In this document: one piece after another, positions 12,583 through 26,045 of the stretch
How the letters are laid out: each line of letters starts with the position of its first letter
Position numbering within the stretch: position 1 is the stretch's first letter
From: Macrostomum lignano
Lineage: Eukaryota
Length of the DNA: 64,000 bases
NCBI GenBank assembly: GCA_002269645.1
Contig: NIVC01000430.1
Coordinates: 62,001 to 126,000 of the forward strand
Direction: 5' to 3'
Program-made: the position numbers and the translations under genes
Notes under the pieces: model-generated
What the model was told of the DNA's origin: nothing
Seen by the model: only the letters and a program-made list of their open reading frames with translations
Database searches by the model: none

Positions 12583-13499
12583 CACCTTTTTCCATTCTAT
12601 TTTGGCAAACGTGCAATCAAAGTCAAAATCTTTTCATTCAATTCAGACAGTTTATGGTAGTTCTTGGCCGGACGTGCATTCAATTCCGACAAATGTGCTT
12701 TCAAAAGCGACAATTTTCAAACAAAGCAAACAAGCTACCACGAGAAACCGACACCTTGAAATCACTTTCGACAGTTGGCTATGAATTGGCTTTTTCTGTC
12801 CTCCTATCTATGGCTCATACTGCGAAATTTCCAATCAACTCCGACAAATTTCAATCTATTTAGACAAGCCATTGGAGTACATACTACATGTACTGTACAT
12901 TTACAGTATACTTCAAAATGCCGTTGTTCGCTTGATGCCCATTGCTCGAGCAAGATGCACAAAATCGTCTCCGTTTGCGTGTGCGTCGATGAGCCTCTGC
13001 CGATCGTTGTCACTCACTTTTGCATTCGGCATTACGAGCGTATTCTTGAGGTCTTCTTCTGTACAATGCAATTCGATTCAAAAAGCTACAGTAGCTCCTG
13101 CATGTATGCTTCGTTCTGTCAAATGAAATGGTACCCATACTTAAATTTCAAATTTTCCTCTTCATGACGTGTCTATGGCATTTAGCCCTGGCTTCACCCA
13201 AAGTAAAAAGTAGCTTGTCTAAATAGATAGAAATTTGTCGGAGTTGATTGGAAATATCGCAGTATGAGCCATAGATAGGAAGACAGAAAAAGCCAATTCA
13301 TAGGCAACTGTAGGAAGTGATTTCAAGGTGTCGGTTTCTCGTGGTAGCTTGTTTGCTTTGTTTGAAAATTGTCGCTTTTGAAAGCACATTTGTCGGAATT
13401 GAATGCACGTCCGGCCAAGAACTACCATAAACTGTCTGAATTGAATGAAAAGATTTTGACTTTGATTGCACGTTTGCCAAAATAGAATGGAAAAAGGTG
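12583..13499 (-). mobile_element. Internally deleted Tc1/IS630-like DNA transposon with ~287-bp TIRs
   Basis: Inverted arms 12583-12869 and 13213-13499 (CACC...GGTG) flanked by TA on both sides; the spacer encodes an HTH-like start MPNAKVSDNDRQRLIDAHANGDDFVHLARAMGIKRTTAF* on - (13032-12913). Confidence 0.75.
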
Positions 13500-14129
13500 T
13501 AGTCTATTTATGGAAAAATACCTAATATCGCATAGTCTATGGTAAATGACGTAGTACATATTCTACAGTAGAATGACCTAGTATATAGTCTATAGTAAAA
13601 TGACCTAGTATAAAAGTCCATTGGAAAAGACCTAATATATATTTGATAGTCAAATTTGGCTAGATATTTAAAAATAAATAATGAAGAATGCAGAATTTTC
13701 AGAAACAGAGTTAATCAGAAACAATATTGAACGGAACAGTTAAGAATTAGCTGTAGTTTAGAAAATATTGTGCAAATTTGCAGCTGTATATTGTTCCAAT
13801 ATAGTAAATTACTATTGACAGTCACAATGATATAAAAATCAATAAAAAATGTCAGATTCTTATGGCGCATGCAAGTTGGCTTTCATTCGCCGAGATAAAC
13901 CACTGTTTAAGTTTAGTGACACGAAAGGTCGCATGAGAAACTTATAACAAAGCCGAATAAATGGAGCGCTAGCTGTTGCGGAAGTTTAATTATTTACTTC
14001 AAGAAGCAATTGCTGCTGAATATTATATCTGATGAAATTAAATCTTGCCTTACTAGAGGCAGTGGAATCTACATTAGAGGGTAGAGGTTTTATCGAAGGA
14101 AGTGTAAATTAGGGGAAGTTTTTATTAGA

Positions 14130-14440
14130 GAGAGTTTACATAAGGGGGTAGAGGTTTTATTGGAGGGAGTGTACATAAGGGGGTAGAGGTTTTATTGGAG
14201 GGAGTGTACATAAGGGGGCAGAGGTTTTATTGGAGGGAGTGTACATAAGAGGGTAGAGGTTTTATTGGAGGGAGTGTACATAAGAGGGTAGAGGTTTTAT
14301 TGGAGGGAGTGTACATAAGGGGGTAGAGGTTTTATTGGAGGGAGTGTACATAAAATGGTAGAGGTTTTATTGGGGGGAGTGTACATAAGAGGGTAGAGGT
14401 TTTATTGGAGAGTGTACATTAGGGGGGTATAAGTTTCATA
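14130..14440. repeat. 35-bp minisatellite
   Basis: Unit GGGGTAGAGGTTTTATTGGAGGGAGTGTACATAAG. Confidence 0.9.
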
Positions 14441-14579
14441 GGAGGGAATGTATATTTTTACTGGAGGAAGTGTTACGGGAACAAGTTAGGATTAGGACTT
14501 GTTCCAAACCGAGATACTGCGCAAAGTTGTTTGGGTCAGTATTTGTCGGGAAAAATCGACCATAGTCCATATAATAGCC

Positions 14580-15707
14580 CTAATCCCAATCATCCTCATC
14601 TCCGCTGCCTCCGCCACTGCCGCCGCCACCCGTACCTTCGTCTCCAATCATTGCGCTGATTCGATCGAACATGGAGTTGCCGGTAGATTTTGCAGCAGTG
14701 CCGCCGCCGCCGCTTTTATCGACAGCGCCACCACCAGCGATGCCCTGACGCCGTCGGTTGAGCTTCAACTTTAACTGCTCCATCAGATCGAGGCCGCTAC
14801 CGCCTCCGCCGCTGCCGCCGTCATTTGAATCAACCGACGCTCCGGCGCCCGAGGCAGCAGCGGCAGAGGAGGCGGCGTTGGCGGCTTCTCGACTATCGCG
14901 AATTTGACGCTTCTTAGCCAGCTTTCGTTCTTTCACCGAGCGCAGCCGGGCATTCTCGGCGCCGCCGGCCTGCCTGATAGCGTCTAGGAGACTCGCCCGG
15001 GCCGCGTTGTTGCCTTCGGGAACGCCGGCGGCTGAAGGCGGCGGAGGAGGCGGCGGCGGTGGGGTGGCGGCGGCGGTGGCGGAGGTGGGGCGGGGCGGCA
15101 CAGAAGCGGCGGCCGCCGAGGACTCCACGGGTGGCGGAGGCGGAGGCGGCGGCGGTGGAGGCGGTGGCGGCGGGGGAGGCGGTGGAGGCGCAGAGGCAGC
15201 GGTTGCTGAGCCAGCCGATGGCGGCAGAGGCGGGGGCGGCTCAGACAGACAGGCCAGCTGCAGGATGACATTATCAGAGTCTGACGGGGCGATGCCCGGG
15301 CCGAGGTCGCCGCTGTAGGCGACATTCTCAGCTACGCCTGGCAGCCTCGGCAGCATGGAGGGCAGGCTGTCGAGATCGGGCACAGCGCCAAGGCTAGGCA
15401 TGTACAGCAGCGAGCCGCCGTCGGGCCGGTCGAGCCGGTCGCCAATTCTGATGGAGTCGGGCGCTTCGCCGGGTCCGCGCCGAGCCGAGGCTGCATCGTC
15501 GTCATCTGGTCCGCGCCTGGCTCTGGTGAGCACGCCGAGAGGGTCAATAAGGGTGTACCGCTTATAGGGGTTCTCCGCAGTGTTGAATAGCAACAGGCTG
15601 CTCAGGGAGGTCAGACCGTTGGGCAGGCGGCCCAGGCCCTCCTCCTCCTCAGCAGCAGCAGATCGACTGGCGGCCGCTGCCGTCCGAGCCGGTGGTTTGA
15701 GATTCAC
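14580..15707 (-). CDS. WASHC1: WASH1 exon 4 (end of WHD, poly-proline, VCA)
   Basis: EGLGRLPNGLTSLSSLLLFNTAENPYKRY..IDPL, poly-Pro, WH2 RASLLDAIRQAGG..LRSVKERK, central DLMEQLKLKLNRRRQGIAG, acidic DEDDWD*. Confidence 0.95.
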   Translation of the reverse strand: MNLKPPARTAAAASRSAAAEEEEGLGRLPNGLTSLSSLLLFNTAENPYKRYTLIDPLGVLTRARRGPDDDDAASARRGPGEAPDSIRIGDRLDRPDGGSLLYMPSLGAVPDLDSLPSMLPRLPGVAENVAYSGDLGPGIAPSDSDNVILQLACLSEPPPPLPPSAGSATAASAPPPPPPPPPPPPPPPPPPPPVESSAAAASVPPRPTSATAAATPPPPPPPPPSAAGVPEGNNAARASLLDAIRQAGGAENARLRSVKERKLAKKRQIRDSREAANAASSAAAASGAGASVDSNDGGSGGGGSGLDLMEQLKLKLNRRRQGIAGGGAVDKSGGGGTAAKSTGNSMFDRISAMIGDEGTGGGGSGGGSGDEDDWD

Positions 15708-15817
15708 CTGGCGAATTAAAAAACAAAAGTACAACTTTAAAAGTACACTAACTATTGTAGACAAAAGTACATAGGCCTAGTGCACTAATTCCTTCCTAGT
15801 CTACAGAGTCTAGGCTA

Positions 15818-15990
15818 GGGGGTTGTAGCCTAGTGGTCAGAGCGTCGGACTCAACAACTTGAAGGTCGGGGGTTCGATTCCCGATCCCACTGGAACAATT
15901 TGTGTCCTTGAGCAAGACACTTAAATCTGCATTGTTTCAGTTCACCCAGCTGAGGTAATTGAGGGTGTGTGTGGCGACCCCCCCCTCAGG
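15818..15990 (+). mobile_element. tRNA-derived SINE with CORE-like segment, in WASH1 intron 3
   Basis: A-box TAGCCTAGTGG and B-box GGTTCGATTCC, then TGTGTCCTTGAGCAAGACACTTAA..TCAGTT, similar to the MIR/CORE consensus. Confidence 0.65.
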
Positions 15991-16061
15991 AAAGAAGTGA
16001 AAAGTGGTCAAAGAAACAAAACTAAAAGTACATATGCTATCCAAAAACAAAGTCGCCTCAC

Positions 16062-16235
16062 CTGCATAAAATGCCGCATTTCCATTAGCGCCGCTTCGTT
16101 AAGCGCCTCTCGCTGACTGCGCACCAGCCTGGCAACTGCCAGCGCCCCTCGCTCAGCTTCGTCTAGACCGGCGAACGGCGACCGGAACTCTGCATCGGCG
16201 CCAGCCGCTACGGGATATTTCGGCGCGGCAAACAC
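16062..16235 (-). CDS. WASHC1: WASH1 exon 3
   Basis: VFAAPKYP..FRSPF..LNEAALME; CAG acceptor and CAG|GTGAGG donor, phase 0. Confidence 0.9.
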
Positions 16236-17599
16236 CTGCGATCAGAGTATATATTAACAGACAGTGTAAAATGTTGTTTTTTCTAGCAAACTACACTACT
16301 AACAAACATCGACTAGTAGGATGGCACGAAAACTAGCTCATTTTTAGCAAGAAAAACGTAGAAATCCATCCATCCAATATACTAAAAATCAAAACTATGT
16401 ACCTATAGGAATCCACAAATATACTAAAAATCAAAACTATGTACCTATAGGAACCTTCGTTTAACTTGGCTCTTCATGGTCGGAATTCCGTGGGGTTTTC
16501 TGCATTCGATGCGTATTGATGGCGCGCTGGTACACGAAATTTTGCTAAGAAATTGCTTCATTTTTTCGGGAATAAATATTCGAAAAACTCGATTTTTGCA
16601 CCGTTTTTTAAAGTTCAAACAGTTCTTTCCAATTGAGAAGCATTCTGACTGCCGATGGAATTCTATTGCATCATAACTCAGTTCTCTACACTCGCGTGGA
16701 GAGCTACAAGGGTTGAAAGGTTGCGCAACACCTTTTAGTTATTGAAATTGAGGGGCGGGTGTCGCTATTCAATTTGTCTTGGGCATTTCCTTGGTTGTTA
16801 ATTTCAATGCATCAACTTGCAGGCCTCTCACTGTAGCTGGCGTTGAATGTACACCTTATGAATTTGAATGCTTTAAAGCAGGAATGTTCAATCGTTGTTT
16901 GCGCTTCGAGTTTTTCACTTTCAGAAGAGAGCCTTGTATTGCTGGAAAGAGCTAGAAACGCTGAGTTCGGGAATATAATTTGTTTGCTGAAATTCGAAAA
17001 ATTAAAAGCACAGCATTGAAAAGAAGATTTCTATGCTTTTCACTTTATATACTTATTGTACACTCTCCCATATCGCAAACCCCTACTCCACGATTCAAGC
17101 CAGCGCCATTTGATTTAGATTTAGATTGCGTAACCATTTTGTTGACTTTAATTGTTGACTTTAATAATTGAAACTGATATTGACTGCTGCCTGAGAAATT
17201 GATTGCTTCGAGTGATTTCTATTCTATGCTTGAAGTTTTCAGTGTTGAATTATATTATAAGTGCTAAAATTCATGTCATCAAAGCGATGAGAGCTAGCCT
17301 AGAGGTGAACAGACTGAACTGCTAATGCAGCGACGTGGGTTCGAATTTTTAGAGAGTAAAAGTTTTTTATTAAAAAGTTTAATTTCAAGACAGTTAAAGG
17401 AAACTTAAAAAACGTCAGGTAAATCAGGTAAAAGAGAAGAAGCTACGAGCGTTCATATAGTATATTCAATTTTTTTATTAAACTTTAAATTTTGAAAAGG
17501 ATTATTGCACTAGATAAATTAATTATTGTACTAGCTGAGGAAATCGTTTTACTATCTCGCTTGGGGTACTTTCTATCAGGGGATGCTTGCTATCGGAAG

Positions 17600-20120
17600 G
17601 ACGCTTGCTCTTAAGGGAGGGATGCTTGCTCGGGGGAGATTGCTAAGATGTCAAAACATACTGGGGAATTATTCAGATATGCAGGCTTACTGGGGGAATT
17701 ACTGAGATGTCAAGGCTTAAGAGGAAATTGCTGAGATTTCAAGGCGTGGGGGGAATTTCTGAGTTGTCAGGGCTTTGGACTGGGAGAAATTGCTAAGATG
17801 CGAAGACTTACTGGGGGAATCACTGAGATGTAAAGGCTTATAGGGGGAATTGCTGAGATGTTAAGGCTTGGGGGATTTCTGAGATATAAAGGCTTAAGGG
17901 GGAACTGCTGGCGTGGGGGGAATTTCTAAAATATCAAGTCTTGGGGAGGGGAATTGCTGAGATTTCAAAGCTTAAGAGGGAACTGCTGAGATAGCAAGGC
18001 TTTGGACGGGGAAAAATTGGTAAGATGTCAAAACTTACTGGGAGAATCACTGAGATACAAAGGCTTACTTGGAGGACTGCTGAGATGTCAAGGCTTGGGG
18101 AAAATTTATGAGATGTCAAGTCTTGGGAGGGGGGAATTCCTGAAATTTCAAGTCTTGAGAGCGTATTGCTGAGATAAAGCTTAAGAGAGAATTACTGAGG
18201 TGTCAAGGCTTGGGGGGAATTGTTGAGATGTCAATTCTTGGGGGGAATTCTATGGATTGGGGATTCTTTCCACAAGGGCTGCTTCTAATGGATATCTTTA
18301 GATAGGTGATTCATTGGGAAATTCCTTCGATGGGGGATTCTTTCGATGGAGGGTTCTTTGAATGGGGGATTCTTTAGATGAAGGATTCATTCGATAAAGG
18401 GATCCTTTTGGATATGGGATTGTTTGGACGGGGATTCTTTAGATGAGTCTTCGGATAGGGGATTCTATCGATGGGAGGTTTTTTGGATGGGGGATTCTTT
18501 GCATGTGAGATTCTTTGTATCGTGGATTCTATGGGTGGTGGATTCTTTGGATGGGAGATTATTTATATGGGAGATTCAGTTGGGTGAAATTTTATTGTGT
18601 GGGAAAACTGTGGTTGGAGTTTGGATGAAAAGCCCAAACGGGGGTTGGAATTGGCTAGCTGAGGAAATTGTTTCACTAATCTTGCTGGGGGTACTTTCTA
18701 TCAAGGGATGCTTGCTATCAGAAGGACGCTTGCTCTTGGGGGATGCTTGCTCGGAAGCGAATTCTAAGATGTCAAGATTTACAGGGGAATTATTGAGATA
18801 CATGTATAAAATCTTACCTTAAGAGAGACTTGCTGAGATGCCAAGGCTTGTGAGGGGAATTGCTAGATGTCAAGTCTTAGGGGTAAACTGCTGAGATGTA
18901 AGTCTTAGGGGTAAACTGCTGAGATGTCAAGTCTTAGGGGTAAACTGCTGAGATGTCAAGTCTTAGGGGTAAACTGCTGAGATGTCTAATCTTGTCGCCG
19001 TCGGGGAATTGCTGAGATTCCAAGGCTTAAGAGGGACTTGCTCAAATGTCAAAGCTTGGGGGAATCAAGGCTCAAGAGGGAGTTCCTGAGATGTCAACTT
19101 TTGGGAAGGAGAATTACTCAGATGTCAAGGCTTGGGGGATTGCTGAGATGTGAAGGCTTAAGAAGGAATTGCTGCGGTGTCAAGTCTTGGGAGGGAAATC
19201 GCTGAGATGCCAAGGCTTTGGACGGGGAGAAATTGCTAAGATGTCAAGACTTACTGGAAGAATTACTGAGATATGAAAGCTTACTGGGGGAATTACTGAT
19301 ATGTCAAGGCTTGGGGAGGGGAATTACTGATATGTCAAGTCTTGGGGAGGGGAATTACTGATATGTCAAGGCTTGGGGAGGGGAATTACTGAGAAGTCAA
19401 GGCTTTGGACGGGGAGAAATTGGTAAGATGTCAAGGCTTGCGCCGGAATTGCTGAGATGTCAATGCTTGGGGGAAAGTTCTGAGGTGTCGAGGCTTGGGG
19501 GAATGGCTGAGATGTTAAGTCTTGGGGGCAATTCTATGGATTGATGATTCTTTGGATGAGGGATGCTTTTAATGTATATCTTTGATTCATTGAGGAATTC
19601 CTTCGATGGGGCATTGTTTCGATGGAGGATTTTTTGAATCGGGGATTCTTTAGATAAAGGATTCTTTTGATGGGGGATATTTGGACGGGGGTTCTTTAGA
19701 TGGGGAAATTCTTTGGCCAAGAATTCTATTGATAGGTGGATTATCTGGATGGGGATTATTTGGACGGGGTTCTTTAGATGAGGAAATTCTTTGGCCAAGA
19801 ATTCTATTGATAGGGGGATTATTTGGATAGGAGATTCTTTGGATTATTTGGATGGGGATTTGTGGATGGGGATTATGATATGAATTATTTGGGGGGACTC
19901 TTTGGATATGGATGGATGGAGGATTCTTTGAATGGGGATTCTGTGGATGGGGATTTCTTGAGTAGGGGATTCATTGGATGGGGAATCCTTCAGATGGGAG
20001 GATTCCTTGAAAGAGGAATTCTTCGGATCGGTGATTCTATCCATGGGGGTTCTTTGGATAGGGGATTCTTTGCATGTGAGATTTTTTGCATCGGAGATTT
20101 TGTGGATGTGGAAAACTGTG
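17600..20120. repeat. Degenerate ~30-bp (TGCTGAGATGTCAAGGCTTACTGGGGAAT) and GGGATTCTTT repeats inside the Helitron-like copy
   Basis: Same family recurs at 23300-24480 and 26060-27020; segment 17535-18658 is re-duplicated as 18659-20166. Confidence 0.85.
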
Positions 20121-22399
20121 ATTGGAGTTTGGACTCAAAGCCCCAACGGGGGTTGGAATTGGCTAGTCCTATCTTCTTTCTTCTTAATAATCTAAATATA
20201 CTAAATCTCTAAGGTTTGTATGCTTGCTTGCTTGTAATAAATTAAATATACTAAATCTCTAAGGTTTGTATGCTTGAATGTCCATAACGCTCTAGAGTGA
20301 GCAATTCTCGACCGATTTTGATCGCGTTTTCGCCAAAAGATTCAAAATTGTCTGGAAAGAAGACAGTTAAAATTTCTTTAATCTGCTCCAATGCTAAAGG
20401 GATTAAATATTCGAAAAACTGTTTTAAATGGGCTTTTCCAATGCAAAATTTTATCAGCGAAAAACTTCACAGCCAATTTTAATGATTGCGCCAGAGCGAA
20501 CTTATCAGAAAACTCATGGGCCCCACTGCCCAGATAATTACTGTATTTAAATTGCGCAACCATACCAGGGGTCAAAAATAAAATTATTCTGGAGGCTACA
20601 GCGAGCTCTTTAAGCGTCAAAGATCTGTTTTTCGTAACGCTCTACAGACTGCAATTCTTGACCAATTTTGATCGCGTTTTCGCCAAAAGTTTTGTAATTA
20701 TCTGGAAAGAGGACAGCTAAAATTTATTTTATCTGCTTCAATGCTAAAGGTATTAAATATTCGAAAAACAAGTTTATCTATATGGTTTTAATGGAAGGCC
20801 AGGCAGCGTTGAATTCTTGACTGGCTGAATTCCAATTCCAAATGATTGCGCCACAACTGCGTACTGCATAGTCTCGCTATAAACTGACTCTGAGCTTTTC
20901 AGCAGGAGGCAGTGTGCCAAGCATTGCGCAGGCACTCTGGAGGGAGAGAGAAATCAGCCAGTGCAGTTTAAAAGTATTGAAATTGAGAGATTTACTTAAC
21001 TGTGCAATGGCTCTGCCAGCACCAAAACTGTGCACACTGAGCAGCCTATCACTGCTATGTATTTGACTGCAGTGCCGAAGCATATATGTCTGATTTTTGC
21101 GCCCTTCCATCAGTAGGCGGAATAGCCGCAGTGTAGGCACTAGGACTAGGTTTAGGCTAGGCGTAAGGTCCAAGGTTCGAGTCCGCCTCCCTGGTGGATA
21201 ATTAAAATAAGTAAATTCATTCATTTGTAGCTTGTGACTCGACTAAATATAACATATTTTTTATTAATTTTAATTGCAACATTTTTTATTAATTAGCAAA
21301 TAATTTTTGCTACTTGGCACAAGCCACTTATAAAATTTGATTTTAAAAAACTGCTTCGTGCATTACTGATCCCATCAACGAGTACTGCCTCGCACCATGA
21401 AAGTATGAAATTGCTATTAAACTGCAGACCATGCTGTTAAAATTGCTTAAAGGTATTGCTAAATTTTGAGCTTTTTAAGAATGCCGATGCCGATATGTAC
21501 TGAAAATTGTTTAGTGAGCCGTAAAATGCTGAGCACATTTTTAGATTATTGGAGGATTGGAAGATTATTGGAAAGGAGAACAGAAGATGCTGAGGGAACT
21601 GCAGATTGTCAAAGGGATCATTCATGCAGACTGCAAAGGGAAAAATGGAACAAACTGCTGAGGTAGTTCCTCCACACTTATGAGTGCATAGCAGCAAACT
21701 GTTGAGGGGATAACTATCTACAGAGTTTAAAGTGGATAATAGCTGTGAAGAATTAAGTGCAAGTTGTTGAGTGGATAACTGCGGACTGCTGAGTGAAGTA
21801 TTGTAGTTTGCTGATGTTAATGAAAGTTGTAGACGGCACAGTGGATATCTGCAGGCTGCTAAGAGTATGACTGCAGTCTGTTTGTGGGATTAGAAGTGAT
21901 AGCTAATTTCAGGATGTTGTGGAGACAACTGCCGATTTCTGGGGGGGGGGTTAACTTCAAACTGCCGAAGTTACTAAACTTCTTGAATTTAGTTTGAATC
22001 TTGAATCTTGAATTAGAAGTTTTAGTAACTGCCGAAGTTACTAAACTTCTTGAATAGTATAAGGCTTTTAACAGAAGGTCGGCAGTTCGAGTCTGTAATG
22101 AAGCAGCGAATTTATCTTTGTGACAATAATCATTGTTTCCTATGAGGATTCATGCAAATTTTTAGCATTTTCATTTTGTAGATACTTTTGCTGGGGCTAC
22201 GCTAAGAGCAGCGCTAATCGGGGAGAGCAGTGCTAATCTGATGTATAAAATAAAATAATAAATATGTAAGAGGATTACATATCAACTTTAACCTGCAAGT
22301 TGACAAAGCATTTCATATGGTTTCGATTATCCAGAAGCAATATGGCAATAAGCAAAGATTAGTGGCCATCTGCTCACTGATTGTGCAAAACAGTGCTGG

Positions 22400-23135
22400 T
22401 GAATCATTGCTAAACTGCTGGTGAAGCATTTTTAAACTGCTGGTGAAGCAGTGCTAAACTGCTGGTGAACCATTGCTAAACTGCTGGTGAAGCATTGTTA
22501 AACTACTGGTGAAGCATTGCTGAAATGCTGGTGAACCATAGCTAATGCAAACTGCTGGTGAAGCATTGCTAAACTGCTGGTGAACCATTGCTCAACTGCT
22601 GGTGAATCATTGCTGAAATGCTGGTGAACCATTGCTGAAATGCTGGTGAAGCATTGCTAAACTGCTGGTGAACCATTGCTGAAATTCTGGTGAACTATTG
22701 CTAAACTGCTGGTGAAGCATTGCTCAACTGCTGGTGAACCATTGCTGAAATGCTGGTGAACCATTGCTGAAATGCTGGTGAAGCATTGCTAAACTGCTGG
22801 TGAACCATTGCTGAAATTCTGGTGAACTATTGCTAAACTGCTGGTGAAGCATTGCTCAACTGCTGGTGAACCATTGCTGAAATGCTGGTGAACCATAGCT
22901 AATGCAAACTGCTGGTGAAGCATTGCTAAACTTCTGGTGAAGCATTGCTAAACTGCTGGTGAAGCATTGCTCAACTGCTGGTGAACCATTGCTGAAATGC
23001 TGGTGAACCATAGCTAATGCAAACTGCTGGTGAAGCATTGCTAAACTTCTGGTGAAGCATTGCTAAACTGTTGGTGAAGAATTGCTGAAATGCTGGTGAA
23101 CCATTGCTGAAATTCTGGTGAACCATTGCTAAACT
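22400..23135. repeat. 22-bp minisatellite
   Basis: Unit GCTAAACTGCTGGTGAAGCATT. Confidence 0.95.
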
Positions 23136-25549
23136 GCGGAAAGCTATGGTAAAATATTGTATTTTTTTAATAAAAACTTTTAAAGAGAAGAAAACGCAAC
23201 GCAAGAAAAAGCGAACAAGAATCATCATGTCAATCATAAATGAAGCGCCCTGTCGAACGTAAAAGTCTCATCGGGAATTGCTTAGACTGTTAAGACTGCT
23301 AAGACTATTGCTACGAGCATAATGCTGGTATGGGAAATTGCTGTGATATCAAGACTCACGGTAGAATTTATAAGATCTCAAGGCTCATGGGGAATTGCTA
23401 TAACTATGTCATTCTGGGGAGAATTGCTTTGATTTCAAGGTTCATTTGTGAAATTGCAGAAATAAATTGTTGAAATGCAAGTGCCAAGATATCAAAAGGT
23501 CAGTCACTCAATTTTCAGGCTCATGGGGAAATTGCTAACATTTCCAAAGCTCATTGGGGAATTGCTGAAATTCTACTACAAGGGTTATGGTTTTGGTTCA
23601 ATTATAGAGCGATCGTCGTGACAATCATTAATGATCCATCGAGGAGTTGCTAAGATTAAATGCTCTTGGGGGGAAAACTTAAATGCTTTGGCTCTACTAC
23701 GGGGAATTGCAGACAGGTCAAGGCTTTCGGTGAAATTCTGATTACAAAGCTTATTTATGAGGAAGTTACTTTAATGCTGAGGCTCAAGGCTTATGGTGGA
23801 AATTGCCAACACGCCAAGACTCACTTATGGGTTAGGGTGACCATTAATTAAAGACTTGTTTAGATATAATCAAAGTTCGTTGTGAAATCGCTCTGTTGAC
23901 AAAGGTCATAAAGAAATTGCTGAGTTATCAAGGCTTATAAGGGTATTGCTGAATTCTTGGGAAAAGGGAGTTGGGTTGTTGGTATGTCAAGGCTTACTGC
24001 GCTGGGAGAATTGCGTGATGTCAAGGCTCGAGTTTAATTGCTGTGATGTCGAGGCTTAATAGGATAACTGCTGAGATGTCAAGGCTTACTGGGGGAATTG
24101 CTGAGATGTCGAGGCTTACCGGGGCAATTGCTGAGATCTCAGAGCTTATGGGGGGAATTTCTGAGATCTCAAGGCTTACTAAGGGAATTGCTGATATGTC
24201 AAGGCTTACTGGGGAAATGCTGAGATGTCAAGTCTTACTGGGAATTGCTAAGATTTCAATGCTTACTGGGGAAAGCTGAGATTTCAAGGCTTACTGGGGG
24301 AATTGCTGATATGTCAAGGCTTACTGGGGAAATGCTGAGATGTCAAGGCTTACTGGGGCAATTGCTGAGATTTCAAGGCTTACTGGGGGAATTGCTGATA
24401 TGCCAAGGCTTACTGGGGGAATTGCTGAGATGTCAAGGCTTACAGGGGAATCGCTGATATGTCAAGGCTCATGGACGATGGCTGAATTTTTGGGGGGGGG
24501 GGGTTACTAGGTTATTGGGCGATTGTCAGATAGTCAGGTAGTACGGCTCAAGTAGCTCATGTAATTCAGATAATGAAAAAGTACACAGAAGTGATGCTGA
24601 TTTCTGCTAATAGGAAATACCAGGCCGTCAGGGATTTGCATTTTGAGCTCCTGCTGCGGATCAGAATATGCCCGGCCAGTGACGATATTCACTAAGAGTT
24701 TGTGCTTGAACGGATAAGCACTATTTGCTGATTGAGAAAGGGTTTTGGGCTGATGAACGAAACTTTTTGGCTAATGAAAGTTCTGATTCATGGCAACTTA
24801 TTTTTCAAACGTGAGAAAAGGTAATTTTTGATTAATGGAAATCAACATTTTGGATAATTATAGTAAGGTTGCTGTTGTGCCAAAATAAAAACCAATTGGT
24901 GTCATTTTCAAGGCTCCCCAGAGGGGGGCTAAATGGCTAGTCCTATATACTAAAAATGAAAATCTTGCTTGCTTGCTTGCAATCGATTAGAGAAAAAATG
25001 GCTGGACCGATTTTCATGAGACTTGCACTGTTCGATCAGAAATTTTCCCGTGACGGTACATGCATCGTGGCTAAGAAATTGCTGGATGCTAAAGGCATTA
25101 AATACTCGAAAAACATGCTTTTTTGCAAAGGTCAAGCAAACTTTTCGACTTGAAATGCATTGTAAGAATGCTAGAGAAAAAATTGACTGGTTCAATTCTG
25201 ATTCTGAAATAGATTGCATCATAACTGAATTGTAACTCCGACTTGAATTGCGTCACAGTATTGAAAATGCAGTGTGGAAGCGTAGCACCAGACGTGATTT
25301 AGATTGGGTAACCATATTGTCAACTTTAATTGAGACTGATACTGACTTGCCTGTGAAATTGATTATGTCATAACTGCTTCGTGAGTGAGTGTTGAATAAT
25401 ATAAGTGCTACAATTTCATTTATAAATACGATAAGAGCTAGCCTAGATGTGAACAGACTAGACTGCAAATGCAGCGACCTGGGTTCGAATCTTGGTAGTG
25501 AAAAGTTTTTTTATTAAAAGCTTTTATTAAAGGACAAATAAAGGACAAG

Positions 25550-26045
25550 AGCGTCATGTAAACAATCATAGAAGTGTCATGTAAAAAATCATAGAAGCGT
25601 CATGTAAAAAATCATAAAAGCGTCATGTAAACAATCATAGAAGCGTCATGTAAAAATCATAGAAGCGCCATGTAAAAAATCATAGAAGCGTCATATAAAA
25701 AATCATATAAGCGTCATGTAAACAATCATAGAAGCGTCATGTAAAAAATCATAGAAGCGTCATGTAAAAAATCATAGAAGTGTCATGTAAACAATCATAG
25801 AAGCGTCATGAAAAAATCATAGGAGCGTCATGTAAAAAATCAAAGAAGCGTCATGTAAAAAATCATAGAAGCGTCATGAAAAAGTCATAGAAGCGTCATG
25901 TAAAAAATCATAGAAGCGTCATATAAAAAATCACAGAAGCGTCATGTAAACAATCATGAAAGCGTCATGTAAAAAAATCATACTGACATAAAAAATCAAG
26001 TGACAATAAAAAATGTCAGACATGAAAGAAGTGTCATGTAAAAAT
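25550..26045. repeat. 23-bp minisatellite
   Basis: Unit AGCGTCATGTAAAAAATCATAGA. Confidence 0.95.

Noticed and set aside
13503-13660. TAG/GTA-rich stretch that might be complemented
   Set aside because: It is a short degenerate repeat, so composition alone cannot set the orientation.
15818-15892. Functional tRNA gene
   Set aside because: No convincing anticodon arm or acceptor stem, and it runs into a SINE-like body.
16260-16470. Candidate complemented patch
   Set aside because: ATATACTAAAAATCAAAA here matches the normal-orientation 5' end at 24941 (TCCTATATACTAAAAATGAAAA), so it reads correctly as given.
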